Part shown: piece by piece, positions 48,075 to 57,613 of the stretch
Layout of the letters: the number at the start of each line of letters is the position of its first letter
Numbering within the stretch: the stretch's first letter is position 1
Assembly (NCBI GenBank): GCA_963692865.2
Contig: OY843592.1
Span: forward strand, 1,056,001-1,120,000
DNA: 64,000 nucleotides
Reading direction: 5' to 3'
Source of the DNA: a bacterium
GTDB lineage: Bacteria > UBA8248
Made by a program: the position numbers and the translations under genes
The notes under the pieces: generated by a model
What the model saw: only the letters and a program-made list of their open reading frames with translations
Databases searched by the model: none
Told to the model about the DNA's origin: nothing

Positions 48075-48377
48075 ATGATACCGATGACCCATTTCCTCGT
48101 CCTGGGCGCCGTTTTGTTCCTCATCGGCGCGATGGGCGTGCTGATGCGCCGCAACGCCATCATCATCCTGTTGTCCATCGAGTTGATGCTCAACGCCGTG
48201 AACGTGACCTTCGTGGGCTTCTCGCGCCACCTGGCGGATATGACGGGCCAGGTGTTCGCCATTTTCGTCATCACCGTGGCGGCGTGCGAGGCGGCCGTGG
48301 GACTCGCGATTCTCATCGCGCTCAACCGCGACCGCACGATGGTCAACGTGGACGAAGTCAACCTTTTGAAGTGGTAG
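48075..48377 (+). CDS. nuoK: NADH-quinone oxidoreductase subunit K (copy 2)
   Basis: RRN, SIELMLN and [11 protein letters not shown] motifs. Confidence 0.95.
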   Translation: MIPMTHFLVLGAVLFLIGAMGVLMRRNAIIILLSIELMLNAVNVTFVGFSRHLADMTGQVFAIFVITVAACEAAVGLAILIALNRDRTMVNVDEVNLLKW

Positions 48378-48384
48378 GGGAATC

Positions 48385-50409
48385 ATGATCGAACTGGCCT
48401 GGCTCATTCCCGTTTTCCCGGTGATCGGGGTTCTGATCAACGGATTGTTCGGAAGGCAAGTGGGCGAGAAGGCGGGCCCCGTCGCCTCCGTCATGGCGGG
48501 CCTGTCGCTTCTCGTGGTGCTGGGCATCGCTGTGGAGATGATCTTCGGCGCGGGCGGCAGCCACACCGTGCCGCTCTGGACGTGGGTGGAGGCGGGCAGC
48601 TTCAGCGCCTCGATGAGCTTCCTGATCGATCCGCTGAGCACCATCATGCTGCTCGTGGTGGCGGGCGTGGGCTTTCTGGTGCACGTCTACGCCGTGGGCT
48701 ACATGCACGGCGACCCGGGCTATCCGCGCTTTTTCACCTATCTGAACCTTTTCATGCTCTCGATGTTCCTCCTCGTGCTCGGCGACAACTATCTCGTCAT
48801 GTTCGTCGGCTGGGAGGGCGTGGGCCTTTGCAGCTACCTGCTCATCGGCTTCTGGTACGAGAAGCAGTCGGCGTCGGACGCGGGCAAGAAAGCGTTCATC
48901 GTCAACCGGATCGGCGACGCGGGCTTTCTGCTGGGCATGTTCCTCATCTGGACGCTGACCGGCAGCCTCACCTACGCGGAAGTCTTCAAGGCGGCGCCCG
49001 AGATGAGCGCGGCGGCGGCGTCGGCCGTCGGCCTTCTGCTGTTCGTCGGCGCGGTCGGCAAGAGCGCGCAGATTCCGCTCTACGTCTGGCTGCCCGACGC
49101 CATGGAGGGCCCGACCCCGGTGAGCGCCCTCATCCACGCCGCCACCATGGTGACGGCGGGCGTCTACATGGTCGCGCGCACGAGCCCCATCTACGTCATG
49201 GGGCCGGACGCGATGAGCGTCATCGCCGTCGTCGGCGCGCTCACGGGCCTGTTCGCCGCGAGCATCGGCCTGGTGCAGAACGACATCAAGCGCGTGCTCG
49301 CCTACAGCACGGTGAGCCAGCTCGGCTTCATGTTCATGGCGCTGGGCGTGGGCGCCTTCACGGCCGGCATCTTCCACCTGATGACGCACGCCTTCTTCAA
49401 GGGCCTGCTCTTTCTGGGGAGCGGCAGCGTCATCCACGCGCTTCACCACGCGCCCGAAGAACAGCAGCAGGACATGCGCTACATGGGGGGCCTCAAGGAC
49501 AAGATGCCCGTGACGTACTGGACGTTCCTGATCGGCGCAATCGCCATCGCGGGCGTGCCGCCGCTGGCGGGCTTCTGGAGCAAGGACGAGATTCTGGCGA
49601 ACGCCTTCTTCACGGGACACTACACGGTCTGGATCATGGGAACGGTCGCGGCGTTCATGACGGCCTTCTACATGTTCCGGCTCATCTTCATGACGTTCCA
49701 CGGCGAGATGCGCGTGGACCATCACGCGCGCGAGCACATTCACGAATCACCCGCCACGATGACGGTTCCGCTCGTCATCCTGGCGGTCCTGAGCGTCATC
49801 GGCGGCGTGATTCCCGGCTTCCCGCCCGAGGCCGGCTGGATACACCGCTTCCTGGCGCCCTCGCTGGCGAAGGCGCCGGCGGGCGGCCACGCCATGGACC
49901 AGGGCGCGCATTTGATGAACGCCGCGGCCGGAGGCGGCGGGCACAGCGGACCGGCGGTGGTGTTGCTGATCATCCTGGCCATCGCCGTCGCCGTGGGCGG
50001 CATCGCCCTGGCGTGGCACATGTACGTGAGGGACACGGAAGCGCCGAATCGCCTGTATGAGCGCTTTACGGGCATGTATCGCCTGCTTCTGGAGAAATAC
50101 TATATCGACGAAATCTATCAGGCGGCCATCGTCGAGCCGACCTACAAGCTCATGCGCGTCCTGTGGACCTTCGACGCGAAGGTGGTGGACGGGGCGGTGA
50201 ACGGCAGTTCGCTCATCACCGTGATATCGAGCCGCTTCTCGGGCGTTTTCGACCTCCGGACGGTGGACGGGGCGGTGAACGGCACGGCGAGCTTCATCCG
50301 CTTCTTCTCCCAGGTATTCAAATACCTGCAGTCCGGCATGGTTCAGAATTATCTTTTCGTGATGCTGTTGGGCATCTTCGTGATGCTGAGCGCGTACCTT
50401 TTCCGCTGA
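48385..50409 (+). CDS. nuoL: NADH-quinone oxidoreductase subunit L (copy 2)
   Basis: GKSAQIPL..WLPDAMEGPTPVSALIHAATMV and GFWSKD motifs. Confidence 0.96.
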   Translation: MIELAWLIPVFPVIGVLINGLFGRQVGEKAGPVASVMAGLSLLVVLGIAVEMIFGAGGSHTVPLWTWVEAGSFSASMSFLIDPLSTIMLLVVAGVGFLVHVYAVGYMHGDPGYPRFFTYLNLFMLSMFLLVLGDNYLVMFVGWEGVGLCSYLLIGFWYEKQSASDAGKKAFIVNRIGDAGFLLGMFLIWTLTGSLTYAEVFKAAPEMSAAAASAVGLLLFVGAVGKSAQIPLYVWLPDAMEGPTPVSALIHAATMVTAGVYMVARTSPIYVMGPDAMSVIAVVGALTGLFAASIGLVQNDIKRVLAYSTVSQLGFMFMALGVGAFTAGIFHLMTHAFFKGLLFLGSGSVIHALHHAPEEQQQDMRYMGGLKDKMPVTYWTFLIGAIAIAGVPPLAGFWSKDEILANAFFTGHYTVWIMGTVAAFMTAFYMFRLIFMTFHGEMRVDHHAREHIHESPATMTVPLVILAVLSVIGGVIPGFPPEAGWIHRFLAPSLAKAPAGGHAMDQGAHLMNAAAGGGGHSGPAVVLLIILAIAVAVGGIALAWHMYVRDTEAPNRLYERFTGMYRLLLEKYYIDEIYQAAIVEPTYKLMRVLWTFDAKVVDGAVNGSSLITVISSRFSGVFDLRTVDGAVNGTASFIRFFSQVFKYLQSGMVQNYLFVMLLGIFVMLSAYLFR

Positions 50410-50433
50410 TGCGATGAGGTTTTTGGAGGAACT

Positions 50434-51984
50434 ATGAGCAACATGCCGCTTCTTACGCTGATCACCTTCCTGCCCGCGGCGGGCGCGGTGATTATCATGC
50501 TCTTCATGAAGAAAGAGCAGACGAAAGCCATCAAGGGTTTCGCCACGGCGGTGGCGGTCTTGGACTTCCTGATTTCGCTCCCCCTCTGGTTTCAATTCGA
50601 TCAGTCCGAAGCCGGTTTCCAGTTCGTGGAGAAGGTGAGCTGGATACCCACCATCGGGGTGAGCTACTTCGTCGGCATCGACGGGATCAGCGTGCTGCTC
50701 GTCCTGCTCACGACGCTGACGATGATCGTGGGGGTCGTGTGCTCGTTCACCGCCATCGAGGAGCGCGAGAAGGAATACTACGTCTGCCTCCTTCTGCTGG
50801 CGACCGGCATGCTGGGCACCTTCATCGCGCTCGACATCTTCCTGTTCTACGTGTTCTTCGAGGTCACGCTGGTGCCGATGTATTTCCTCATCGGCGTCTG
50901 GGGCGGGCCGAGGAAGCTCTACGCGGCGATCAAGTTCTTCCTCTACACGCTGTTCGGCAGCGTGTTGATGCTGCTGGGAATCCTGGCGTTCTACTTCGCC
51001 AACCTCAAGATGGGCACCGGAACCCTCACGTTCGACCTGGTGGAGCTCTACGGCGTGGGACCGAAGATACCGCTCTCGCTCCAGATATGGATTTTCCTGG
51101 CGTTCTTCATCGGCTTCGCCATCAAGGTTCCCATGTTCCCGTTCCACACCTGGCTGCCGGACGCGCACGTGGAAGCCCCCACGGCGGGCAGCGTGATCCT
51201 GGCGGGCATCCTCCTGAAAATGGGAACCTACGGGTTCGTGCGCTTCGCCCTGCCCCTGCTGCCCCAGGCGAGCCAGGTGTTCGTGCCCTTCATGGTGCTT
51301 CTCTCGATCATCGGCATCATCTACGGGGCGCTGGTGGCCATGGCGCAGACCGACATCAAGAAGCTGGTGGCCTACTCCTCGGTGAGCCACCTGGGCTTCG
51401 TGATGCTGGGCGTATTCGCCCTGAACGAGCAGGGCGTGCTCGGCGGACAGCTCCAAATGATCAACCACGGGATCAGCACGGGCGCCTTGTTCCTCCTGGT
51501 GGGCGTCGTTTACGAGAGGCGCCACACGCGCCTCATCTCCGATTACGGCGGCCTCTCGAAGGTCGTGCCGGTCTATACGGTGCTCTTCGCCATCACGATG
51601 CTGAGCAGCATCGGACTGCCGGGGCTGAACGGGTTCGTGGGCGAGTTCCTGATCCTCATCGGCGCGTTCAAGAAGAGCTACGTGTACGCCGCGTTCGCCG
51701 TCATCGGCATCGTCCTGGGGGCGGCCTACATGCTCTGGCTCTTCCAGCGGGTGTTCTTCGGGAATCTGGACAATCCCGAGAATGAGAAGCTCACCGACTG
51801 CAACGCGCGCGAGGTGCTCTACCTTCTGCCGCTGGTCATCCTGATGTTCTGGATCGGCCTCTATCCCAAGCCGTTCCTCGGGAGGATGGAGGCGAGCGTG
51901 AAGAAGGTCGTGAAGATGGTGAACGCGGCGGAGGTTCCGCAAAAGGCCGCGCTCGGCAAAATAACGAAGCTCGAGAAAAGATAA
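50434..51984 (+). CDS. nuoM: NADH-quinone oxidoreductase subunit M (copy 2)
   Basis: FPFHTWLPDAHVEAPT and AYSSVSH motifs. Confidence 0.96.
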   Translation: MSNMPLLTLITFLPAAGAVIIMLFMKKEQTKAIKGFATAVAVLDFLISLPLWFQFDQSEAGFQFVEKVSWIPTIGVSYFVGIDGISVLLVLLTTLTMIVGVVCSFTAIEEREKEYYVCLLLLATGMLGTFIALDIFLFYVFFEVTLVPMYFLIGVWGGPRKLYAAIKFFLYTLFGSVLMLLGILAFYFANLKMGTGTLTFDLVELYGVGPKIPLSLQIWIFLAFFIGFAIKVPMFPFHTWLPDAHVEAPTAGSVILAGILLKMGTYGFVRFALPLLPQASQVFVPFMVLLSIIGIIYGALVAMAQTDIKKLVAYSSVSHLGFVMLGVFALNEQGVLGGQLQMINHGISTGALFLLVGVVYERRHTRLISDYGGLSKVVPVYTVLFAITMLSSIGLPGLNGFVGEFLILIGAFKKSYVYAAFAVIGIVLGAAYMLWLFQRVFFGNLDNPENEKLTDCNAREVLYLLPLVILMFWIGLYPKPFLGRMEASVKKVVKMVNAAEVPQKAALGKITKLEKR

Positions 51985-52018
51985 ACGGATTTTCGCTTGA
52001 ATTGATGGAGTTTTTCTG

Positions 52019-53524
52019 ATGCTGGAAGTGGTGATTCCCGACATCGCCCTGTCGCTGGCGCTTCCCGAGATAGGGCTGGCCGTACTCGTCTGCGCGGTCC
52101 TCATTCTCGACCTGTTCGTGTCGCTCGAGAACAAATCCCGCGTGGGCGTCGTGGCGTTCGTGGGGGTCGTGATCCTGGGGCTCGTCGCCTTCGGGCAATG
52201 GGGCGAGGGCGCGAGAACGACGTTCAGCGGCTTCTACGTGGTCGACAACCTGAGCGTGTTCGTGAAGGTGTGCGTGCTGCTCTGCACGGCCATCTCCATC
52301 CTGCTGCTGCTTCAATACGCCAGGGTGGAGAAGATCAATTTCGGCGAACTCTACGCCATGCTGCTCTTCTCGGTGTTCGGAATGCTCGTGATGGCCTCGG
52401 GCAACGATTTGATTACGGTCTATCTGGGGCTCGAAACCATGAGCATCAGCATCTATGTGCTCGTGGCGTTCATGCGGCACGACCCCCTGAGCCGGGAGGC
52501 GGGACTCAAGTACTTCCTGATGGGCGCCTTCGCTTCGGGCGTTCTCCTCTACGGCATGGCCCTGACGTACGGGTTTACCGGAACGACCTCGATTCGCGGG
52601 ATCGCGGCGGCGTTCGCAGGCGCGGGCGGCGCCGCCATCGCGCAGAACCCGGTGATGATCTTCGGTCTCATCCTCCTGGTGGCGGGCTTCGGTTTCAAGC
52701 TGGCGCTGTCGCCGTTCCACATGTGGCTGCCCGACGCCTATACCGGCGCGCCGACGCCGATCACGGGCTTCATGTCCGTGGCCGTCAAGTTCGCGACCGT
52801 GGCCGCCCTGATGCGTATCTTCTTCGTGGCGTTCCCGGCCATGGCGGACAGGTGGAACGCCCTGTTGTGGGCGCTCACGGCCTTCACGCTGGTGTGGGGG
52901 AACGTGGCGGCCATCGCCCAGACGAGCCTCAAGCGCATGCTGGCGTATTCGAGCATCGGGCACGCGGGCTACGTGCTGATGGGCGTGGTGGCCACCATGA
53001 GCGTCGTGGACGGGAAGGCGACGTTCACCGACATCGGCATCAGCGCGGTGGCGTTCTACCTGCTCGCCTACCTGTTCACGAACCTGGGGGCCTTCGGGAT
53101 GCTGATCCTCGTGTGCCGCGACGGCTACCGGGGCGACAACATCGAGGACTGGAAGGGAATCGGCCAGGCGCACCCCTGGGCGGGGATGGCCTTCGTGGTG
53201 TTCCTGCTCTCGCTGGGCGGCATCCCGCCGACGGCCGGCTTCGTCGGCAAGCTCTACCTGTTCGCAGCAGCCGTGCAGAACGAGTATTACTGGCTCGCCG
53301 TCATCGGGCTGGTGATGAGCGCGGTCTCGATGTACTACTACGGGCGCATCATCATGGTGATGTACATGGAGAACCGGGGCGAGAGCCAGGAGGTGATGAG
53401 CTTCTCGAGCGCGCCCTCGCTGTTCTTCGCGCTGGTGGTGCTCGTGGTGGCGACGCTGCTGCTGGGCATCTTCCCGGGCAGCTTCCTCGACGCGGCGAAG
53501 GGCACGGTCGCCGGGTTTATCTAG
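52019..53524 (+). CDS. nuoN: NADH-quinone oxidoreductase subunit N (copy 2)
   Basis: EAGLKYF, FKL...PFH.W.PDAY.GAP and KRMLAYSSIGHAGY motifs. Confidence 0.95.
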   Translation: MLEVVIPDIALSLALPEIGLAVLVCAVLILDLFVSLENKSRVGVVAFVGVVILGLVAFGQWGEGARTTFSGFYVVDNLSVFVKVCVLLCTAISILLLLQYARVEKINFGELYAMLLFSVFGMLVMASGNDLITVYLGLETMSISIYVLVAFMRHDPLSREAGLKYFLMGAFASGVLLYGMALTYGFTGTTSIRGIAAAFAGAGGAAIAQNPVMIFGLILLVAGFGFKLALSPFHMWLPDAYTGAPTPITGFMSVAVKFATVAALMRIFFVAFPAMADRWNALLWALTAFTLVWGNVAAIAQTSLKRMLAYSSIGHAGYVLMGVVATMSVVDGKATFTDIGISAVAFYLLAYLFTNLGAFGMLILVCRDGYRGDNIEDWKGIGQAHPWAGMAFVVFLLSLGGIPPTAGFVGKLYLFAAAVQNEYYWLAVIGLVMSAVSMYYYGRIIMVMYMENRGESQEVMSFSSAPSLFFALVVLVVATLLLGIFPGSFLDAAKGTVAGFI

Positions 53525-54028
53525 AAATCACGCACGACATCGAAAGCAGTATGTTCGCCTCTTGCTCCTGAGCAAGGAGTGGAAGCGCGCCCTTGCGGGG
53601 CGGCGCGCCGGCTTGCCGGAGCGAACCAACGGGCTGAATTCCGCGCCGCCTTACCTCCCGCACCCTTGCATCAGCCATGCGCCTGAAACCTTAAGGTTTC
53701 AGCATGGTGTCCACGCTATTGGCATGACCCGCTCGAAGCTCACCAACAAAGCCCTGGCCCGGCCAGGGAACGGTGGCCGGTACGCTCATCATCCGCATTT
53801 GGCGGGTTTGTCATCTTCGAGGATTTTCTCCCACCTGATGTAATCCAGGAAACATTCAGGAAATAAACCGGAAACCCGGAATTAACGATCACGAAATCCA
53901 CCAGACACGTATTCCTCATACCCTTATGAATGTAGGACTGGGGCGGCAGCGTTCATTTGGCTCGAATCTTCATCTGTATGGAACATTTTCCCATAACCCG
54001 CGTCGCCGGGTAGAGAAGGAGATGAGCT

Positions 54029-55690
54029 ATGAGCATGGACGCATCGGGTATCAAGCATTTCAAACGCCGTGATTTTCTGAAAATAGGAGCCTCCGCCGCC
54101 GCCGGGGCGGGATTGTTGCCGCTTCTCAAGTACCTGCCGGCCGAGGCCGCCGCCGGGCGGGACACGCTCGTGGTCGTGATCGGAAACGGCCCCAACAGCA
54201 TGGACATCCACAGGAAGGGGACCAACCGACCGAGCTACCAGGTCGCCGTCAACATCTACGATCGCCTCGTCACCTATGGGCGCAAGAGGCTGCCCGACGG
54301 CAACGTCATGTACGACTACCAGAAGATCGAACCGGAGTTGGCTGAATCCTGGAGCTTTGCGCCCGACGGCATGTCCGTCAGCTTCAAGATTCGCAAGGAC
54401 GCCAGGTTCCATGACGGGAAACCCGTCACCGCCCATGACGTGAAATGGTCTTTCGACCGCGCGGTTTCGCTCGGCGGTTTTCCGGCCGTGCAGATGAAGG
54501 CGGGCTCGCTCATCAAGCCCGAGCAGTTCGTCGCCGTGGATGAGCACACCTTCAAAATCAACTTTATCCGCAAGAGCAAGCTCACGCTGCCCGACCTGGG
54601 CGTTCCCGTGCCTCTTATCATCAATTCGGTGGCCGCCAAGGCAAAAGCCACGAAAGCCGATCCGTGGGCGACCGAGTATCTGCACAAAAACCCGCAAGGG
54701 GGCGGGGCCTTCAAGCTGGGGCGATGGAAGCCCGGTCAGCAGACGGTCTACATTCGCAACGATGACTGGAAGTCGGGTCCCCTGCCCGGCGTGAGGCGGG
54801 TGATCGTCCGCGAGGTGGCGTCCGCCTCCACGCGCCGCGCCCTCCTGCTGCGGGGAGACGCCGATGTATCCCTCGACCTGCCGCCGAAAGACACCAAGGA
54901 ACTCGCAGGCAACAAAAAGCTCAAAATCGCCGGGGTTCCCATCGAGAACTGCATCCACGCCGTCGGGCTGAACCTGAACTTCAAGCCCTTCGCCGATGTC
55001 CGCGTCCGCCGGGCGATGGCCTACGCCATGCCGTATGAGAAGATATTCAAGGCGGCGGCCTATGAGCGCGGCCTGCCGTTGTGGGGTGCGAAATCCGCCG
55101 ATCCCGCCAGTACGCTGTGGCCGCAGCCGTTTCCCTACGATACCGATCCGGACAAGGCGAAGGCGCTTCTCAAAGAAGCCGGCTACGCGAACGGCTTCGA
55201 GGTCACGTTGTCGTTCAATCTGGGACTCGCCTACTGGACGGAGCCGACCGCGCTCCTCATCCAGGAGGGGCTCGGAAAAGTGGGGATCAAGGCGAAGCTC
55301 GACAAGATTCCCGGCTCGGGCTGGAGGTCGAAGGCGCTCGTCGAGAAGAAGCTCCCGATGCACCTCAAGAACTTCGGCGGCTGGCTGAATTATCCCGAGT
55401 ATTATTTCTTCTGGGCCTACCAGCCCAAGCGCCTGTTCAACTCGATGAACTACGACAACCCGAAACTGAACAAACTGGTCGACGAGACCCTGCACATGCC
55501 TGTGGGCAGTCCCGGCTACGCCGACAGCGTCAAAAAGTTCATCAAAATCGCCTTTGAGGATGTCCCCCTCATCCCGCTCTGGCAACCCTATCTGGACGTC
55601 GCCATGCAAAAGGACGTGGAGGGTTACGAATACTGGTTCCACCGTCAACTCGACGTGAGGCCGTTCAAGAAACTGTCGAAAAAGGCCTGA
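54029..55690 (+). CDS. ABC transporter substrate-binding protein, family 5 (DppA/OppA-like), Tat-exported
   Basis: Twin-arginine KRRDFLK; LAESW, FHDG.PVTA.DV.WS and PF.DVRVRRA motifs. Confidence 0.92.
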   Translation: MSMDASGIKHFKRRDFLKIGASAAAGAGLLPLLKYLPAEAAAGRDTLVVVIGNGPNSMDIHRKGTNRPSYQVAVNIYDRLVTYGRKRLPDGNVMYDYQKIEPELAESWSFAPDGMSVSFKIRKDARFHDGKPVTAHDVKWSFDRAVSLGGFPAVQMKAGSLIKPEQFVAVDEHTFKINFIRKSKLTLPDLGVPVPLIINSVAAKAKATKADPWATEYLHKNPQGGGAFKLGRWKPGQQTVYIRNDDWKSGPLPGVRRVIVREVASASTRRALLLRGDADVSLDLPPKDTKELAGNKKLKIAGVPIENCIHAVGLNLNFKPFADVRVRRAMAYAMPYEKIFKAAAYERGLPLWGAKSADPASTLWPQPFPYDTDPDKAKALLKEAGYANGFEVTLSFNLGLAYWTEPTALLIQEGLGKVGIKAKLDKIPGSGWRSKALVEKKLPMHLKNFGGWLNYPEYYFFWAYQPKRLFNSMNYDNPKLNKLVDETLHMPVGSPGYADSVKKFIKIAFEDVPLIPLWQPYLDVAMQKDVEGYEYWFHRQLDVRPFKKLSKKA

Positions 55691-55739
55691 AACCGGTTGG
55701 CAACAAAACAGCGCGTCCTTTGAAGGGGGGGACGATGTG

Positions 55740-56765
55740 ATGAAGGTCGATACCCTGGTCCTGATCGGCCGGCGCCTCCTGCATGCGGCGCCGGTCGTGA
55801 TGGGCATCATCGTGGTGACGTTCATTCTGACGCGGGCCCTGCCTGGGGATCCGGCGGTATTCTTCGCCGGGCCTGCGGCGGATGAGAAATCCATCGCCGA
55901 GATACGCGCTTCGCTGGGCCTGGACAAAAGCTGGCCCGAGCAATTCTGGATATACCTCCAGGATCTCGCGCGCGGGGATCTGGGCAAATCCATCAGCACA
56001 GGGCAGCCCGTCCTCGAGGAACTCGCCACGCGCCTTCCGGCTTCGCTCGAGCTTACGTTCATGGGCTTGTTTCTGGCGGTCGCCATCGCCATCCCTCTGG
56101 GGGTGCTGGCGGCCACAAGGCCCAATTCAATCGTCGATCATCTCTGCCGGCTCATCGTGACCATCGGGGTCTCGCTGCCTACCTTCTTCACCGGGTTGTT
56201 TCTCGTCTATATCTTCTATTTTCTTTTGGGGCTCTCGCCCGCTCCTATCGGGCGACTGAGCATTATTCACATCGCCCCCGATCACGTAACGGGATTCTAC
56301 CTCCTCGACAGCCTCATCGCGGGTGATTACGAGGTCTTTCGCGCAGCACTTTCCCAGATGATTCTCCCCGCCTCGACGTTGGGGATTTTCGCCCTGGCGC
56401 CGCTCGCGCGGATGACGAGGGCCGCGATGCTGGGGGTTCTGTCGAGCGACTTCGTCCGCACGGCGCGGGCGAGCGGCTTGTCACGACAGACGGTGCTGTG
56501 GGTATACGCCTTTCAAAACGCCATGCTTCCCGTCCTCACCACGCTCGGCATGGTGTTTTCGTTCCTGCTGGGGGCGAACGTATTGGTCGAGAAAGTCTTC
56601 GCCTGGCCGGGCATCGGCTCGTTCGCCATCGAGGCCCTCATCGCCTCGGACTACGCCGCCGTGCAGGGCTTCGTTCTGGCCATGGCGTTGATGTACGTGC
56701 TCCTGAACCTGGCGATCGACATCCTCTATTCGGTCGTCGACCCGCGTATCGGGTTCGAGGGTTGA
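55740..56765 (+). CDS. Peptide-type ABC transporter permease (DppB-like)
   Basis: LPGDP, GDLG.S, LPASLEL, DFVRTARA.GL and VEKVF.WPGIG motifs. Confidence 0.93.
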   Translation: MKVDTLVLIGRRLLHAAPVVMGIIVVTFILTRALPGDPAVFFAGPAADEKSIAEIRASLGLDKSWPEQFWIYLQDLARGDLGKSISTGQPVLEELATRLPASLELTFMGLFLAVAIAIPLGVLAATRPNSIVDHLCRLIVTIGVSLPTFFTGLFLVYIFYFLLGLSPAPIGRLSIIHIAPDHVTGFYLLDSLIAGDYEVFRAALSQMILPASTLGIFALAPLARMTRAAMLGVLSSDFVRTARASGLSRQTVLWVYAFQNAMLPVLTTLGMVFSFLLGANVLVEKVFAWPGIGSFAIEALIASDYAAVQGFVLAMALMYVLLNLAIDILYSVVDPRIGFEG

Positions 56766-57613
56766 TCGTGAACGCCCATTTCCGGCATCTGCGCTACGTG
56801 ATGGGGGAGAATCCGGTCACGTTTTTCGCGTTCGCCCTTTTCTTCTTGCTCATGGCGCTGGGTTTGTTCGGTCCCTGGCTCGCGCCCTACGATCCCCTCG
56901 CCAGCGACACCGCCAACGCTCTCAAGCCACCTACATGGGCGCATCCGTTCGGCACCGACAATCTGGGACGAGACGTTTTCAGCCGTGTTATCACGGCCAC
57001 GCGGCTCGACCTGGCGATATCCGTGGCGGCGGTTTCGCTCTCCTTCGTCGCGGGAAGCGTCGCCGGTGTTTGCGCGGGCTACTTCGGGGGTGCTACGGAC
57101 AAACTCATCAGCCGGCTCACCGACACCATCATGGCGTTTCCCCTCTTCGTTCTGGCCATGGGCATCGTATCGGCCCTGGGCAATACGATCGAGAACATCG
57201 TCTACACCACGGCCGTCATCAATTTCCCCTTCTACGCGCGTGTGGCGCGGGCCGAGGCGAATGCGCGCCGCGAGGCGGGTTTCGTGGAGGCGGCGCGCCT
57301 TTCGGGGAATGGACACGGACGGATTCTCCTTTTCCATCTGGGACCCAACATCATGCCGCCGATGATGGTTCAGATATCGCTGAACATGGGTTACGCCATA
57401 CTGAACGCGGCGGGACTCTCCTTCATCGGCCTGGGCGTCCGGCCCCCGACTCCCGAATGGGGGATCATGGTGGCCGAGGGCGCGAAGTTCATCGTTTCGG
57501 GCGAGTGGTGGCTGGCCATCTTCCCCGGCGCCGCCCTGATGCTCGCCGTGCTTTGCTTCAACCTTCTGGGCGACGGCCTCCGCGATCTGATCGACCCGAG
57601 AATGAGGACGTGA
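56762..57613 (+). CDS. Peptide-type ABC transporter permease (DppC-like)
   Basis: HPFGTD.LGRDVFSRV, FVEAAR and LSFIGLG..PP.PEWG motifs; start at about 56762-56768. Confidence 0.92.
   Translation: MIVNAHFRHLRYVMGENPVTFFAFALFFLLMALGLFGPWLAPYDPLASDTANALKPPTWAHPFGTDNLGRDVFSRVITATRLDLAISVAAVSLSFVAGSVAGVCAGYFGGATDKLISRLTDTIMAFPLFVLAMGIVSALGNTIENIVYTTAVINFPFYARVARAEANARREAGFVEAARLSGNGHGRILLFHLGPNIMPPMMVQISLNMGYAILNAAGLSFIGLGVRPPTPEWGIMVAEGAKFIVSGEWWLAIFPGAALMLAVLCFNLLGDGLRDLIDPRMRT

Noticed and set aside
38744-51984. Identical nucleotide stretches between the nuoL and nuoM copies as a recent duplication or assembly error
   Set aside because: They are confined to invariant protein motifs under strong GC codon bias; the paralogs are otherwise well diverged.
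49747-52134. Long antisense and alternate-frame ORFs (for example 49747..52134 -, 53924..56125 -, 6221..8110 +, 45367..47220 -)
   Set aside because: These are shadow ORFs of real genes, expected in high-GC DNA; they are rich in Arg, Ala, Gly and His with no recognisable motifs.
43893-53524. Operon 2 as a membrane-bound [NiFe] hydrogenase or a 2M-type complex I
   Set aside because: The D subunit lacks the Ni-binding CxxC pairs and keeps the quinone-site His/Tyr motifs; there is only one nuoM per operon.
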